DNA of 64,000 bases from a virus (lineage: Duplodnaviria > Caudoviricetes): the IMG/VR virus record IMGVR_UViG_3300042402_003952; one strand, given 5' to 3'. This document shows, one piece after another, positions 1 through 8,387 of the stretch (positions within the stretch are counted from its first letter, which is position 1; each line of letters opens with the position of its first letter). The notes below the pieces were generated by a model, which was given only the letters and a program-made list of their open reading frames with translations, was not told the DNA's origin and did not search any database. The position numbers and the translations under genes were made by a program.

Positions 1-230
1 TCCATCTTTGCTTTTAATCCAAGCAACGCAGTAAACAAAGTAAACAACGCACTATATCCTTTGTCTATAGAGTTTTCGCACTTTATAGATGGGGGATTTT
101 TTAATTCTCCTTTTGCATTGGCACTTTCAATAGATCCAGGGATCATAAAGTTGCAGTTGGTAAATGTAATACCAACATACCCTACAGTGCAAACTACAAT
201 AATAATGATTAATTTGTCTAGTATTTTCAT
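1..230 (-). CDS. small membrane-anchored hypothetical protein, truncated by window start (MKILDKLIIIIVVCTVGYVG...)
   Basis: Not in ORF track. ATG at 230-228 overlaps the TGA of the 227..418 ORF (ATGA coupling); open to position 1; hydrophobic N-terminus. Confidence 0.6.
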   Translation of the reverse strand, partial: MKILDKLIIIIVVCTVGYVGITFTNCNFMIPGSIESANAKGELKNPPSIKCENSIDKGYSALFTLFTALLGLKAKM

Positions 231-418
231 CTTCCTTCTTGTTTATGAATCCAAGTTTTTAACTCATGTAAATATTGCCTGAGTTGATCTGCTTTCTGAA
301 GATGCCACAAATCACCACTCTTGAAATACTCTTGAGTGTGATTGTCTATTGCTTTTAAAATATTATGGATGGGAGCGTTCCAAGGTTCACGCTTTGGTGT
401 ATTCCACTCTCGTGGCAT
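227..418 (-). CDS. hypothetical cyanophage protein (63 aa)
   Basis: ORF track; coupled to the downstream gene by ATGA overlap. Confidence 0.65.
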   Translation of the reverse strand: MPREWNTPKREPWNAPIHNILKAIDNHTQEYFKSGDLWHLQKADQLRQYLHELKTWIHKQEGR

Positions 419-424
419 ATGCCC

Positions 425-538
425 TCACTTTTTCTTGCCACCGTTTTTTGCTTTTTTCGCAGTTGCATTGCCTTGATTTTGCTTGGGTTGCTTGCCACCA
501 GCAGAACCCTTCTTACCTTTGTTTGCAGACTTTGCCAC
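425..538 (-). CDS. small Lys/Gly-rich basic protein (37 aa, MAKSANKGKKGSAGGKQPKQNQGNATAKKAKNGGKKK)
   Basis: Read by eye: GTG start at 538-536, TGA at 427-425, 7 nt before the next ATG; CTAAATA late-promoter-like motif ~30 nt upstream. Confidence 0.6.
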   Translation of the reverse strand: MAKSANKGKKGSAGGKQPKQNQGNATAKKAKNGGKKK

Positions 539-617
539 TGCACCGTCCCAGATGATACAATGATATTTAGGGAAAACGGTTCTTATTTATACTGTGCCAC
601 CTGAGCAATTGGACCTA

Positions 618-646
618 TTGACAGCGTTTCCTAACGGTGCTATGAT
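618..646 (+). promoter_or_regulatory. sigma70-type promoter for psbA
   Basis: TTGACA (618-623), 17-nt spacer, TATGAT (641-646). Confidence 0.8.
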
Positions 647-705
647 AAATAGGTAAACAAATGTTACGAGTCTCTCATAACTCTTAACATTGTTAAACAC
701 CCATT

Positions 706-805
706 AACCGAGACCTATGGGGTGTATAAATTACGTCTCTCATATCTTCTCTAGGGGTGAGAAGAAATATTGAACCCTGTTCGTCCCCACGAACTCTTAC
801 TTAAC
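706..805 (+). ncRNA. structured psbA 5' leader resembling the PhotoRC-II RNA motif
   Basis: ACCGAGACCTATGGGGTGT...ACGTCTCT pairing, TCTTCTC..GAGAAGA hairpin and CTCTTAC before the start codon match my recollection of the cyanophage psbA leader motif; not checked against Rfam. Confidence 0.55.
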
Positions 806-817
806 CCTTTTTCAAAT

Positions 818-3191
818 ATGACTGCTTCAATCGCTTCACGCCGTTCTGGCGAAAACCTCTGGGAACAATTCTGTTCCTGGGTAACTTCAACCGATAATAG
901 ACTGTATGTTGGTTGGTTCGGAGTCCTTATGATTCCTTGCCTTCTTGCTGCTACAACTTGTTTTATTATCGCTTTCATCGGTGCTCCCCCTGTAGACATA
1001 GACGGTATCCGTGAACCCGTTGCTGGTTCACTAATGTATGGAAACAACATCATCTCTGGTGCTGTTATTCCAAGTTCTAATGCCATTGGATTGCATTTTT
1101 ACAGCATCTGGGATGCTGCTTCTCTTGATGAGTGGCTTTATAAATAATATTGGGTCACTTTAAATCGGGTGAACTGCTGGAAAGCTAAGTTCTTTATGAA
1201 ACACAAACATCACCTTACTCCAAAATATCTTGGTGGTTCTAACGAATCCCAAAATCTTGTAGAAGTTTCTACAACTCAACACGCTATGTTTCATTATTGT
1301 AACTGGCGTCTTTGGGGAAACGAAGAAGATAAGATTGCTTGGAAAGCACTTGCAGGATACTCTAAAAAAGAGGAAATAATTCATCAAGTTATTTCTCTTG
1401 CAGGTAAAAGAGGTGGTAAGGTTGCAAAAGAAAGCGGACAACTTCGGTCTGCTGCTCTTAAACAACCAAGAAGTGTAAGGCAAAAGATTGGTAAAAATCT
1501 TATCAACTATGCCTACAAAAATCCAAAGAATGCAACACAAGAAACTCTTACTAATAGAAAATACAGTAAAGTATTTCACATTTATGAAAAACTAACTGAA
1601 AGGACTATTGGTAATCATCTTGGGGATGTAGTTTTTAATCCAGAAGAAGATAAAACACTCAAAACTGTTTGTTCTATTATTCTGGAAAAATATGGGGTAA
1701 AAGTTTATCCTTCACATCTTAATAGTGTTGCTAATGGAAATAGACTTTTAACAAGTGGTATTTCTTGTAGTTGGATTTTAGAGAATATGCCAATCAGCAT
1801 CCAAGCCACAGACGATACTTCTGTGGAAGGTTCAGAGACTACTGGGTTCAACAAGCGTGTTGAGTAATACCAGATTAGCGCCCGACATCTTATAAAAAAT
1901 AAGATGAAGATATAGTCCAGTCCATATGGAAACATATGGTTCCCCCGACTGCTATAATGGGGGTCCTTTCCAACTTGTTGTCTTCCACTTCCTCATCGGC
2001 ATCTACTGCTATATGGGTCGTGAATGGGAACTCTCTTACCGTCTAGGTATGCGCCCTTGGATTATGGTTGCTTATAGCGCACCTGTTGCTGCTGCGAGTG
2101 CTGTATTCCTGGTCTATCCTTTCGGTCAAGGTTCTTTCTCTGATGCGATGCCTCTTGGTATCTCTGGTACATTCAACTACATGCTTGTATTCCAGGCAGA
2201 GCACAACATCCTGATGCACCCCTTCCACATGCTTGGAGTTGCTGGTGTCTTCGGTGGTTCTCTTTTCTCTGCTATGCACGGATCTCTTGTCACCTCTAGT
2301 CTTGTACGTGAGACTACAGAAAATGAGTCACAGAACTACGGATACAAGTTCGGACAAGAAGAAGAAACCTACAACATTGTAGCTGCTCATGGTTATTTTG
2401 GTCGCCTTATCTTCCAATATGCTTCCTTCAATAACTCACGTTCACTTCACTTCTTCCTTGCTGCTTGGCCCGTTGTAGGCATCTGGTTCACTGCTCTTGG
2501 TGTTTCTACAATGGCTTTTAACCTCAATCGTCGGGGTCCCGTCTTAGCAATTTGACGGTAAACATCGGGTGAACTGCTGGAAGCCCTCCATAAATGGGTA
2601 ATCAGCATCCAAGTCCAAAGTACACTTTGGAAAGGTTCAGAGACTACCTGAGGAGTTCAGTCTCCTTAATAACAGGAATAAGTGCCCGACATCCTAAATG
2701 GATGAAGATATAGTCCACTCCTTAAAGATGGTAAATTTAAGGGTTCAGTGCAACGGTTTTAATTTCAATCAGTCCATCATTGACTCACAAGGTCGTGTCC
2801 TTAATACTTGGGCAGATGTACTGAATCGTGCAGGTCTCGGAATGGAGGTCATGCATGAACGGAACGCTAGATTTGTTGGTGTTCTTGCTTAGGAATAAGC
2901 ATTAGTAAAATCGGGTTAAACGGGGAAACTCTCTATGAGACAATCCCGTACCAAGTCAGAAAGGGTTTAAGTTTTCTGAAAGGTCTAACGACTAGATGGT
3001 GAGTCCCAACAATAATCCATCCACGAATGCCCGACATCCAGAACGGATGAAGAGATAGTCTGAACTTACTAGTGATAGTAAGAAGTAGAGGATAAAGAAC
3101 CACTACGATAACAAAATTGCACAACTTCCCACTTGACCTTGCCGCAGCAGAAGCAACACCAGTTGCTCTTACTGCTCCCGCAATCGGTTGA
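818..3191 (+). CDS. psbA: photosystem II D1 protein; spliced exons 818-1137, 1952-2524, 2751-2868, 3120-3191 (360 aa)
   Basis: Exons join to 1083 nt giving intact D1 (DEWL|YNGG, AFNL|NGFNF, HERNA|HNFPLDLA). Each 5' exon ends in T and each intron ends in G. Confidence 0.97.
1139..1146 (+). promoter_or_regulatory. T4-type late promoter TATAAATA inside the 5' end of intron 1
   Basis: Exact T4 late consensus 50 nt upstream of the HEG ATG at 1196. Confidence 0.55.
1196..1867 (+). CDS. intron-encoded HNH homing endonuclease
   Basis: [33 protein letters not shown]-type motif; ATG 1196 is preferred over the track's GTG 1169, which lies in the intron core. Confidence 0.85.
   Translation: MKHKHHLTPKYLGGSNESQNLVEVSTTQHAMFHYCNWRLWGNEEDKIAWKALAGYSKKEEIIHQVISLAGKRGGKVAKESGQLRSAALKQPRSVRQKIGKNLINYAYKNPKNATQETLTNRKYSKVFHIYEKLTERTIGNHLGDVVFNPEEDKTLKTVCSIILEKYGVKVYPSHLNSVANGNRLLTSGISCSWILENMPISIQATDDTSVEGSETTGFNKRVE
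2525..2750 (+). mobile_element. group I intron 2 in psbA (226 nt, ORF-less)
   Basis: Core nearly identical to intron 1 (ATCGGGTGAACTGCTGGAA, AATCAGCATCCAAG, GGTTCAGAGACTAC, GAAGATATAGTCC); inserted in a Leu codon CT^C. Confidence 0.95.
2869..3119 (+). mobile_element. group I intron 3 in psbA (251 nt, ORF-less)
   Basis: AAATCGGGTTAAACGGGGAAAC, AATCCCGTACCAAG, GGTCTAACGACTAG, GAAGAGATAGTCTG; IGS GGTGTTCT pairs exon GGAACGCT; terminal G at 3119. Confidence 0.95.
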
Positions 3192-3197
3192 TATAAT

Positions 3198-3225
3198 GAG
3201 AGACCCTTTACGGGTCTCTTTTTTT
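3198..3225 (+). terminator. intrinsic terminator after psbA
   Basis: GAGACCC stem / GGGTCTC followed by a T run. Confidence 0.85.
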
Positions 3226-3278
3226 ATGCTATAATGGAGTTTAAGATTTTATAAATAGTTAAAAGATTAAACACCATA

Positions 3279-3800
3279 ATGAGAACCACGAAGATTTGTA
3301 GAACCTGCACACAAGAACTTCCTATCTCTGATTTTAGAGAAGGTCGTAGAAGATGTATTAGGTGTGAAGAAAAAACCTATGCAGAAAATTGGGCAAGTAA
3401 AACTCACATTACTTGCAACAAGTGTGGTTTAGAAAAACTTATTTCTGAATATTATAAAGGTCATAAGAGGTGTAAGGATTGTTACAGTAAAGACTATAAA
3501 GACAAAAAACCTTCTTATGATGATAAGAAAGACTATATGTTAAAGTATACTTATGGGCAGGATTTTGGATTAACTGAATATCAAAATCTTTTGCAGGAAC
3601 AGAATGAAGTATGTGCTATTTGTTTAAATCCAAATACTAATGGTAGGAAGGATAGTAATAATCTTTATGTAGACCACGATCATAATACTGGAAAGGTTCG
3701 TGGATTGTTGTGTAGTAACTGCAATAGAATGCTTGGACTAGTAGGAGATAATATCGGCACACTAACTAATGCAGTTAAATACTTACAAAAGCACCAATAA
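3279..3800 (+). CDS. free-standing endonuclease VII-family homing endonuclease (F-CphI-like)
   Basis: CAIC...LYVDHDHNTGKVRGLLCSNCN EndoVII motif, N-terminal CxxC repeats, located between psbA and psbD. Confidence 0.88.
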   Translation: MRTTKICRTCTQELPISDFREGRRRCIRCEEKTYAENWASKTHITCNKCGLEKLISEYYKGHKRCKDCYSKDYKDKKPSYDDKKDYMLKYTYGQDFGLTEYQNLLQEQNEVCAICLNPNTNGRKDSNNLYVDHDHNTGKVRGLLCSNCNRMLGLVGDNIGTLTNAVKYLQKHQ

Positions 3801-3801
3801 T

Positions 3802-3924
3802 ATGTCTCATAATAATCAACATCATCCTATGGAACCCTGGGTCATTTGGGCAGGTGTAGCTATGATGGTATTCACAGTTCTTGTGTTTGTTTTATTCACT
3901 CTTGGGCAGATTTATTGGGGATGA
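3802..3924 (+). CDS. small single-TM protein (40 aa, MSHNNQHHPMEPWVIWAGVAMMVFTVLVFVLFTLGQIYWG)
   Basis: Below the track cutoff; starts 1 nt after the upstream stop; one hydrophobic helix. Confidence 0.6.
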   Translation: MSHNNQHHPMEPWVIWAGVAMMVFTVLVFVLFTLGQIYWG

Positions 3925-3937
3925 GAATTAATACTCA

Positions 3938-3968
3938 TTGACCTCTTTGTTAACATATGTTAACATAA
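3938..3968 (+). promoter_or_regulatory. psbD promoter with a 10-bp-period direct repeat
   Basis: TTGACC-17-TAACAT; TTAACATA-TG-TTAACATA at 3950-3967; overlapping CATAAATA; GGAGG SD before the ATG. Confidence 0.55.
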
Positions 3969-3991
3969 ATATGAGAAATCACTAGGAGGTT

Positions 3992-5053
3992 ATGACTTCT
4001 TCAACACTTTCGCAACCTATTTCACAACGAGGATGGTTTGATGTCCTGGATGACTGGCTTAAACGAGATCGCTTTGTATTTGTGGGTTGGTCTGGACTAT
4101 TACTTTTTCCCACTGCTTATCTTGCTCTTGGTGGTTGGCTTACTGGGACGACTTTCGTTACGAGTTGGTATACTCACGGGTTGGCAAGTTCCTATCTTGA
4201 GGGTGCAAACTTTCTTACTGCAGCAGTTAGTACTCCAGCAGATGCTATGGGTCATTCTCTTCTTCTACTTTGGGGTCCTGAGTCTCAAGGGGATATCATC
4301 AGGTGGTTCCAACTTGGGGGACTCTGGACTTTTGTGGCGCTCCACGGATCTTTCGCTCTGATTGGATTTATGCTTCGCCAGTTTGAGATTGCACGACTGG
4401 TCGGTATTCGTCCTTATAACGCAATCGCATTCTCTGGTCCTATTGCAGTATTCGTTTCTGTATTCCTTATGTATCCACTGGGACAATCCAGTTGGTTCTT
4501 TGCACCATCTTTTGGTGTTGCTGCTATCTTCAGGTTCCTTCTGTTTCTGCAAGGTTTCCACAACTGGACCCTCAACCCTTTTCATATGATGGGAGTTGCT
4601 GGTATACTAGGAGGTGCTCTGCTATGTGCTATTCATGGTGCAACGGTTGAAAACACCCTCTACGAAGACGGAGACAAAGCAAACACTTTCAAAGGTTTTG
4701 AACCCACCCAAGAAGAAGAAACTTATTCAATGGTTACAGCGAATAGGTACTGGTCTCAAATTTTTGGTATCGCTTTTAGTAATAAGCGTTGGCTCCATTT
4801 CTTTATGTTGTTTGTACCTGTTATGGGTCTCTGGACATCTAGTATTGGAATTATTGGACTCGCTCTTAACCTTAGAGCATACGATTTCGTATCACAGGAA
4901 GTTCGTGCAGCAGAAGATCCAGAGTTTGAGACTTTCTACACAAAAAACATCCTTCTAAATGAAGGACTACGTGCTTGGATGGCACCAGTAGACCAACCTC
5001 ATGAGAACTTTGTATTTCCAGAAGAAGTTCTCCCTCGCGGAAATGCCCTTTAA
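3992..5053 (+). CDS. psbD: photosystem II D2 protein
   Basis: Full-length D2 ([14 protein letters not shown]...[10 protein letters not shown]), no intron. Confidence 0.99.
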   Translation: MTSSTLSQPISQRGWFDVLDDWLKRDRFVFVGWSGLLLFPTAYLALGGWLTGTTFVTSWYTHGLASSYLEGANFLTAAVSTPADAMGHSLLLLWGPESQGDIIRWFQLGGLWTFVALHGSFALIGFMLRQFEIARLVGIRPYNAIAFSGPIAVFVSVFLMYPLGQSSWFFAPSFGVAAIFRFLLFLQGFHNWTLNPFHMMGVAGILGGALLCAIHGATVENTLYEDGDKANTFKGFEPTQEEETYSMVTANRYWSQIFGIAFSNKRWLHFFMLFVPVMGLWTSSIGIIGLALNLRAYDFVSQEVRAAEDPEFETFYTKNILLNEGLRAWMAPVDQPHENFVFPEEVLPRGNAL

Positions 5054-5060
5054 AAATAAA

Positions 5061-5090
5061 TAGAGGAGTTCCACAAGAACTCCTTTTTTT
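5061..5090 (+). terminator. intrinsic terminator after psbD
   Basis: AGGAGTT...AACTCCT stem followed by a T run. Confidence 0.8.
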
Positions 5091-5165
5091 ATGCTTCTTA
5101 TACTTACACTATTCATAGCATTCGGTTTCTTTATGTTTATAATGTCTGTAATACAAGACATTTAA
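5091..5165 (+). CDS. possible 24-aa membrane peptide (MLLILTLFIAFGFFMFIMSVIQDI)
   Basis: Short hydrophobic ORF read by eye. Confidence 0.35.
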   Translation: MLLILTLFIAFGFFMFIMSVIQDI

Positions 5166-5198
5166 TATTCCTACATAAAGATGTGTTGCTTTTTAAGA

Positions 5199-5360
5199 AT
5201 GAAAACTTTAACACTTACTGAAAATCAAATTAAACTCTTGGCAGATGCTGTATGGGTGCGCCAGCGTCGTTTTATTGCAGGAGATAAAAGATTCAAAGAA
5301 TATGGAGAAATATTAAATAATATTCTTGAAGATATGGAATATACTCCATCAAGATTTTGA
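5199..5360 (+). CDS. hypothetical protein (53 aa, MKTLTLTENQIKLLADAVW...)
   Basis: ORF read by eye, below the track cutoff. Confidence 0.55.
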   Translation: MKTLTLTENQIKLLADAVWVRQRRFIAGDKRFKEYGEILNNILEDMEYTPSRF

Positions 5361-5481
5361 TTATGAATACTGATGGAATATATTGTTTGGAAAAAATATT
5401 AAAATAATATCTTCAATTCATAACAAAATCTAACACATTAACAAGAACTCATTATAATTAGAAATGAGTTCTTGCTTTTTT

Positions 5482-6144
5482 ATGAAGATCTTTTTAGACA
5501 CAGCAGATGTTTCAATGATTAGTTCAGCATATGACACTGGACTATTGGATGGAGTCACTACAAATCCCACTTTAATTCTTAAAAGTGGCAGACAACTATT
5601 AGAAGTTATTGAAGAAATAACAAAGTCTTTTTCAAAACTAGAAAGTATTTCAGCAGAGGTTGTTGCTGATACTGCAGAAGAAATGCTTTCACGAGCACAT
5701 CAATATTACACAATCGCACCTGCAGTCACCATTAAGGTTCCCTGCACGGTAGAAGGACTTAAGGCTTGTAAGTTTCTTTCCGATAAAGGAATTCAAGTCA
5801 ATGTAACCCTTGTGTTTTCTGTAGCACAGGCAATTCTTGCATCCAAAGCAGGTGCAACATTCATCTCACCATTCGTTGGTCGTTGGATGGACAATTCTAT
5901 TGATGGAATTGAACTCATCAAGAACATCCGTAAGGCATTTGATTACTCAGGAACATCTACACAAATTCTTGCAGCATCTCTTCGTGATGTGAGGCAAGTA
6001 GAACAATCTGCTCTTGCTGGTGCAAATGTCGTTACAATCCCTCCAGTTGTATTTTGGTCGATGTATAAGAACATTATGACTGATAAGGGTCTAGAACTCT
6101 TTCAGAAAGATTGGGATGATGTTATTAAATCCGCAGGAAAATGA
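5482..6144 (+). CDS. talC: transaldolase, TalC type
   Basis: MKIFLDTAD, GVTTNPTL, IKVP, VNVTLVFS, SPFVGR motifs; start moved to ATG 5482. Confidence 0.95.
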   Translation: MKIFLDTADVSMISSAYDTGLLDGVTTNPTLILKSGRQLLEVIEEITKSFSKLESISAEVVADTAEEMLSRAHQYYTIAPAVTIKVPCTVEGLKACKFLSDKGIQVNVTLVFSVAQAILASKAGATFISPFVGRWMDNSIDGIELIKNIRKAFDYSGTSTQILAASLRDVRQVEQSALAGANVVTIPPVVFWSMYKNIMTDKGLELFQKDWDDVIKSAGK

Positions 6145-6347
6145 AGAAAGAGCATCAATGTTGGCATTTTGTAATGTCATCTTTTGCTAGAATTTATGGA
6201 GTACCAAAAATTAGAAGTGATGAAAGAATACATGCATTTGCATTAGAATGGTGTGATGAACATAATTATACTTGTGATGTTCATTTGGATGATTTGAGAA
6301 AAGTTGATACTTATTTTAGACAACAGTACGAATCTTGGGAGGGTTAA
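6141..6347 (+). CDS. hypothetical protein (68 aa)
   Basis: ATGA overlap with talC; abuts gnd. Confidence 0.7.
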   Translation: MKKEHQCWHFVMSSFARIYGVPKIRSDERIHAFALEWCDEHNYTCDVHLDDLRKVDTYFRQQYESWEG

Positions 6348-7370
6348 ATGAAAGTAGGACTAATAGGACTAGGAAGGATGGGAGAAGGAATGTCTCGTCG
6401 TATGATGAAGGCAGGAATAGAAGTCTGGGGTTATCGAAGAAATTATGAAAAGGCACAAGAAGCATTTGAAAATGGATATGTTAATGGTATTGCAGATACT
6501 ATACAAATCCTTGTTCAAGTAGTTAAGAATGAAAATAAACCAGGCATTTTTCAAATGGTTGTGCCTGCTGAAACTGTAGAGGAGACGATTAATGAATTAC
6601 TACGATATTGTGGTGAAGGAGATATTATTATTGATCATGGCAACAGCAATTTTAAAGACAGTCGGAAGAGAGCAGAACGTCTGGCAAAGATGGGTATCCA
6701 ATATATTGATTGTGGCACTAGCGGTGGTGTTTATGGTTTGGATCGTGGATACTGTCTTATGGTTGGAGGTGGAGATACTGCAGTCGCCACTTGTGCAAAG
6801 ATATTTTCCGCCCTCTCCCCAGACATTCACTCCTGCCATAGAACGGATCCAACATCTGATGTAACTTCTGCTGAATATGGATGGTTGCATTGTGGTGGTC
6901 CAGGTGCAGGACATTTTGTAAAGATGGTGCATAATGGTATTGAGTATGGTATTATGCAAGCATATGCTGAAGGTTTTAATATTTTAAAGAACGCTAACGC
7001 AGGTTCTCGGTATGTTAAAGAAGGAGATGCTGAGGTTGCTCCAATGGCAGACCCAGAAAGTTATTGCTATGATATTGATGTTGCTGAAGTGGCTGAGCTA
7101 TGGCGTCGTGGTAGCGTGGTTGGTAGTTGGTTACTCGATCTTACTGCTGATGTGTTACGCAGGGATGGTAGCCTTAAACAGTTCTCTGGAGGCGTATCCG
7201 ACAGCGGTGAGGGTCGTTGGACTGTTTCTGCCGCTGTGGACTTGGGGGTTCCCGCTCCTGTTATTACTACTGCCCTATTTGAAAGATTTAACTCACGCAA
7301 TCTCGGATCATTCGGAGCAAAGATCTTAAATGGAATGCGTTATATGTTTGGGGGTCATTTAACAAGATAA
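6348..7370 (+). CDS. gnd: 6-phosphogluconate dehydrogenase (short form)
   Basis: GLIGLGRMG, IIIDHGNS, DCGTSGG, GHFVKMVHNGIEYG, DSGEGRWT motifs. Confidence 0.96.
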   Translation: MKVGLIGLGRMGEGMSRRMMKAGIEVWGYRRNYEKAQEAFENGYVNGIADTIQILVQVVKNENKPGIFQMVVPAETVEETINELLRYCGEGDIIIDHGNSNFKDSRKRAERLAKMGIQYIDCGTSGGVYGLDRGYCLMVGGGDTAVATCAKIFSALSPDIHSCHRTDPTSDVTSAEYGWLHCGGPGAGHFVKMVHNGIEYGIMQAYAEGFNILKNANAGSRYVKEGDAEVAPMADPESYCYDIDVAEVAELWRRGSVVGSWLLDLTADVLRRDGSLKQFSGGVSDSGEGRWTVSAAVDLGVPAPVITTALFERFNSRNLGSFGAKILNGMRYMFGGHLTR

Positions 7371-7371
7371 T

Positions 7372-7494
7372 ATGATTAATCCTGAAACACCTTATAAACT
7401 TGCAGAGATCATTCGTGATACTTGGCCAGGTCTTTACAGACCATCAAAAGAAACTTATAATACAAAAAACAATAAGAAGAAAAAGAATGTATGA
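7372..7494 (+). CDS. hypothetical protein (40 aa, MINPETPYKLAEIIRDTWPGLYRP...)
   Basis: Read by eye; starts 1 nt after the gnd stop and overlaps the next ATG. Confidence 0.6.
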   Translation: MINPETPYKLAEIIRDTWPGLYRPSKETYNTKNNKKKKNV

Positions 7495-7771
7495 TTATTG
7501 GGTGGTGATAGATAAAACCACAGGTAGAGTAATTGCTCATTGTGGTGAAGAAAATGATGCGCTTGCAATGATTGGTTTTGATCCAGACAAAAGAATTTAT
7601 CGAAAGCAAAAGTTCATTATGGATCAAGTAATTACAGTTACATCAACAACAGATAAACAACTTCCTGGACAACAAGGATTGCCTGCTGCAAAAGAAGAAC
7701 TGCCTCCAATAGAACTTCAACAGCAAGTGTGGCTTCCTGAAGGACAAGGAATTCCAGTAAACGCTAAATAA
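7487..7771 (+). CDS. hypothetical protein (94 aa)
   Basis: ATG 7487 within track ORF 7400..7771. Confidence 0.7.
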   Translation: MYDYWVVIDKTTGRVIAHCGEENDALAMIGFDPDKRIYRKQKFIMDQVITVTSTTDKQLPGQQGLPAAKEELPPIELQQQVWLPEGQGIPVNAK

Positions 7772-7791
7772 CTTTCAGTTTTATAAGAATT

Positions 7792-8028
7792 ATGAAGTTT
7801 ACAGTTTATTCAAAAGACGGTTGCCCATATTGCACAAAAGTTCAACAAGTGCTAGAGTTGACGAAACTACAGCATGTAGTTTATAAATTGGACACTGATT
7901 TTACAAGAGAAGAATTCTATGCAGAGTTTGGACAAGGATCTACTTTTCCTCAAGTGATTGTAAATGACCAACATATCGGAGGGTGTACCGATACAGTTCA
8001 ATATCTAAAGGAGCAAAATTTAGTTTAA
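7792..8028 (+). CDS. nrdC: glutaredoxin
   Basis: CPYC active site, TFPQV and IGG motifs. Confidence 0.93.
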   Translation: MKFTVYSKDGCPYCTKVQQVLELTKLQHVVYKLDTDFTREEFYAEFGQGSTFPQVIVNDQHIGGCTDTVQYLKEQNLV

Positions 8029-8387
8029 TGAGCAGCACATTTCACGAAGTCTATGGCGATGTAGAAAAAGCTATTGACTATGCTTTTCAAGGACAGTTTG
8101 TCTTAAAATTTTATGATTACTTAAAAATTCGTGGAGCTAAAAAAGTAGAAGTTGAAGAATTTATTGAGAGTAATACAGCTAACGAAATCAGCAATTTAGT
8201 AATAGATTTGGATGATTATCTTGAGGGTGGATCTGATGAAATTCATAGACAACTTCGTGAAGGGTATGGACATATTCCAAAACCACAAGCAAGAAAGATA
8301 AGAAATTATCTTTCTAATATACTTGAAGATGCTTGGAAGTATAAACATGACAAGAGGCCAGGAAGACGAAAAAAGGAAACTAAATAA
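8028..8387 (+). CDS. conserved hypothetical cyanophage protein
   Basis: TAATG coupling with the glutaredoxin gene. Confidence 0.75.
   Translation: MSSTFHEVYGDVEKAIDYAFQGQFVLKFYDYLKIRGAKKVEVEEFIESNTANEISNLVIDLDDYLEGGSDEIHRQLREGYGHIPKPQARKIRNYLSNILEDAWKYKHDKRPGRRKKETK

Larger units (their letters stand above)
1138..1951 (+). mobile_element. group I intron 1 in psbA, with HNH endonuclease ORF
   Basis: Core elements AAATCGGGTGAACTGCTGGAA, AATCAGCATCCAAG, GTTCAGAGACTAC, GAAGATATAGTCC. IGS GGTCACT (1153-1159) pairs exon AGTGGCT with the U-G wobble; terminal G at 1951. Confidence 0.95.

Noticed and set aside
355-543. Track ORF of 62 aa on the minus strand
   Set aside because: It overlaps 227..418 extensively; the alternative frame 425..538 fits gene spacing better.
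653-667. NtcA box upstream of psbA
   Set aside because: The spacing is GTA-N9-TAC, not N8, and it lies downstream of the -10.
1926-2555. Track [13 protein letters not shown]... as a separate short D1
   Set aside because: Its ends are intron sequence in frame with psbA exon 2. The same applies to 770..1147 and 2698..2892.
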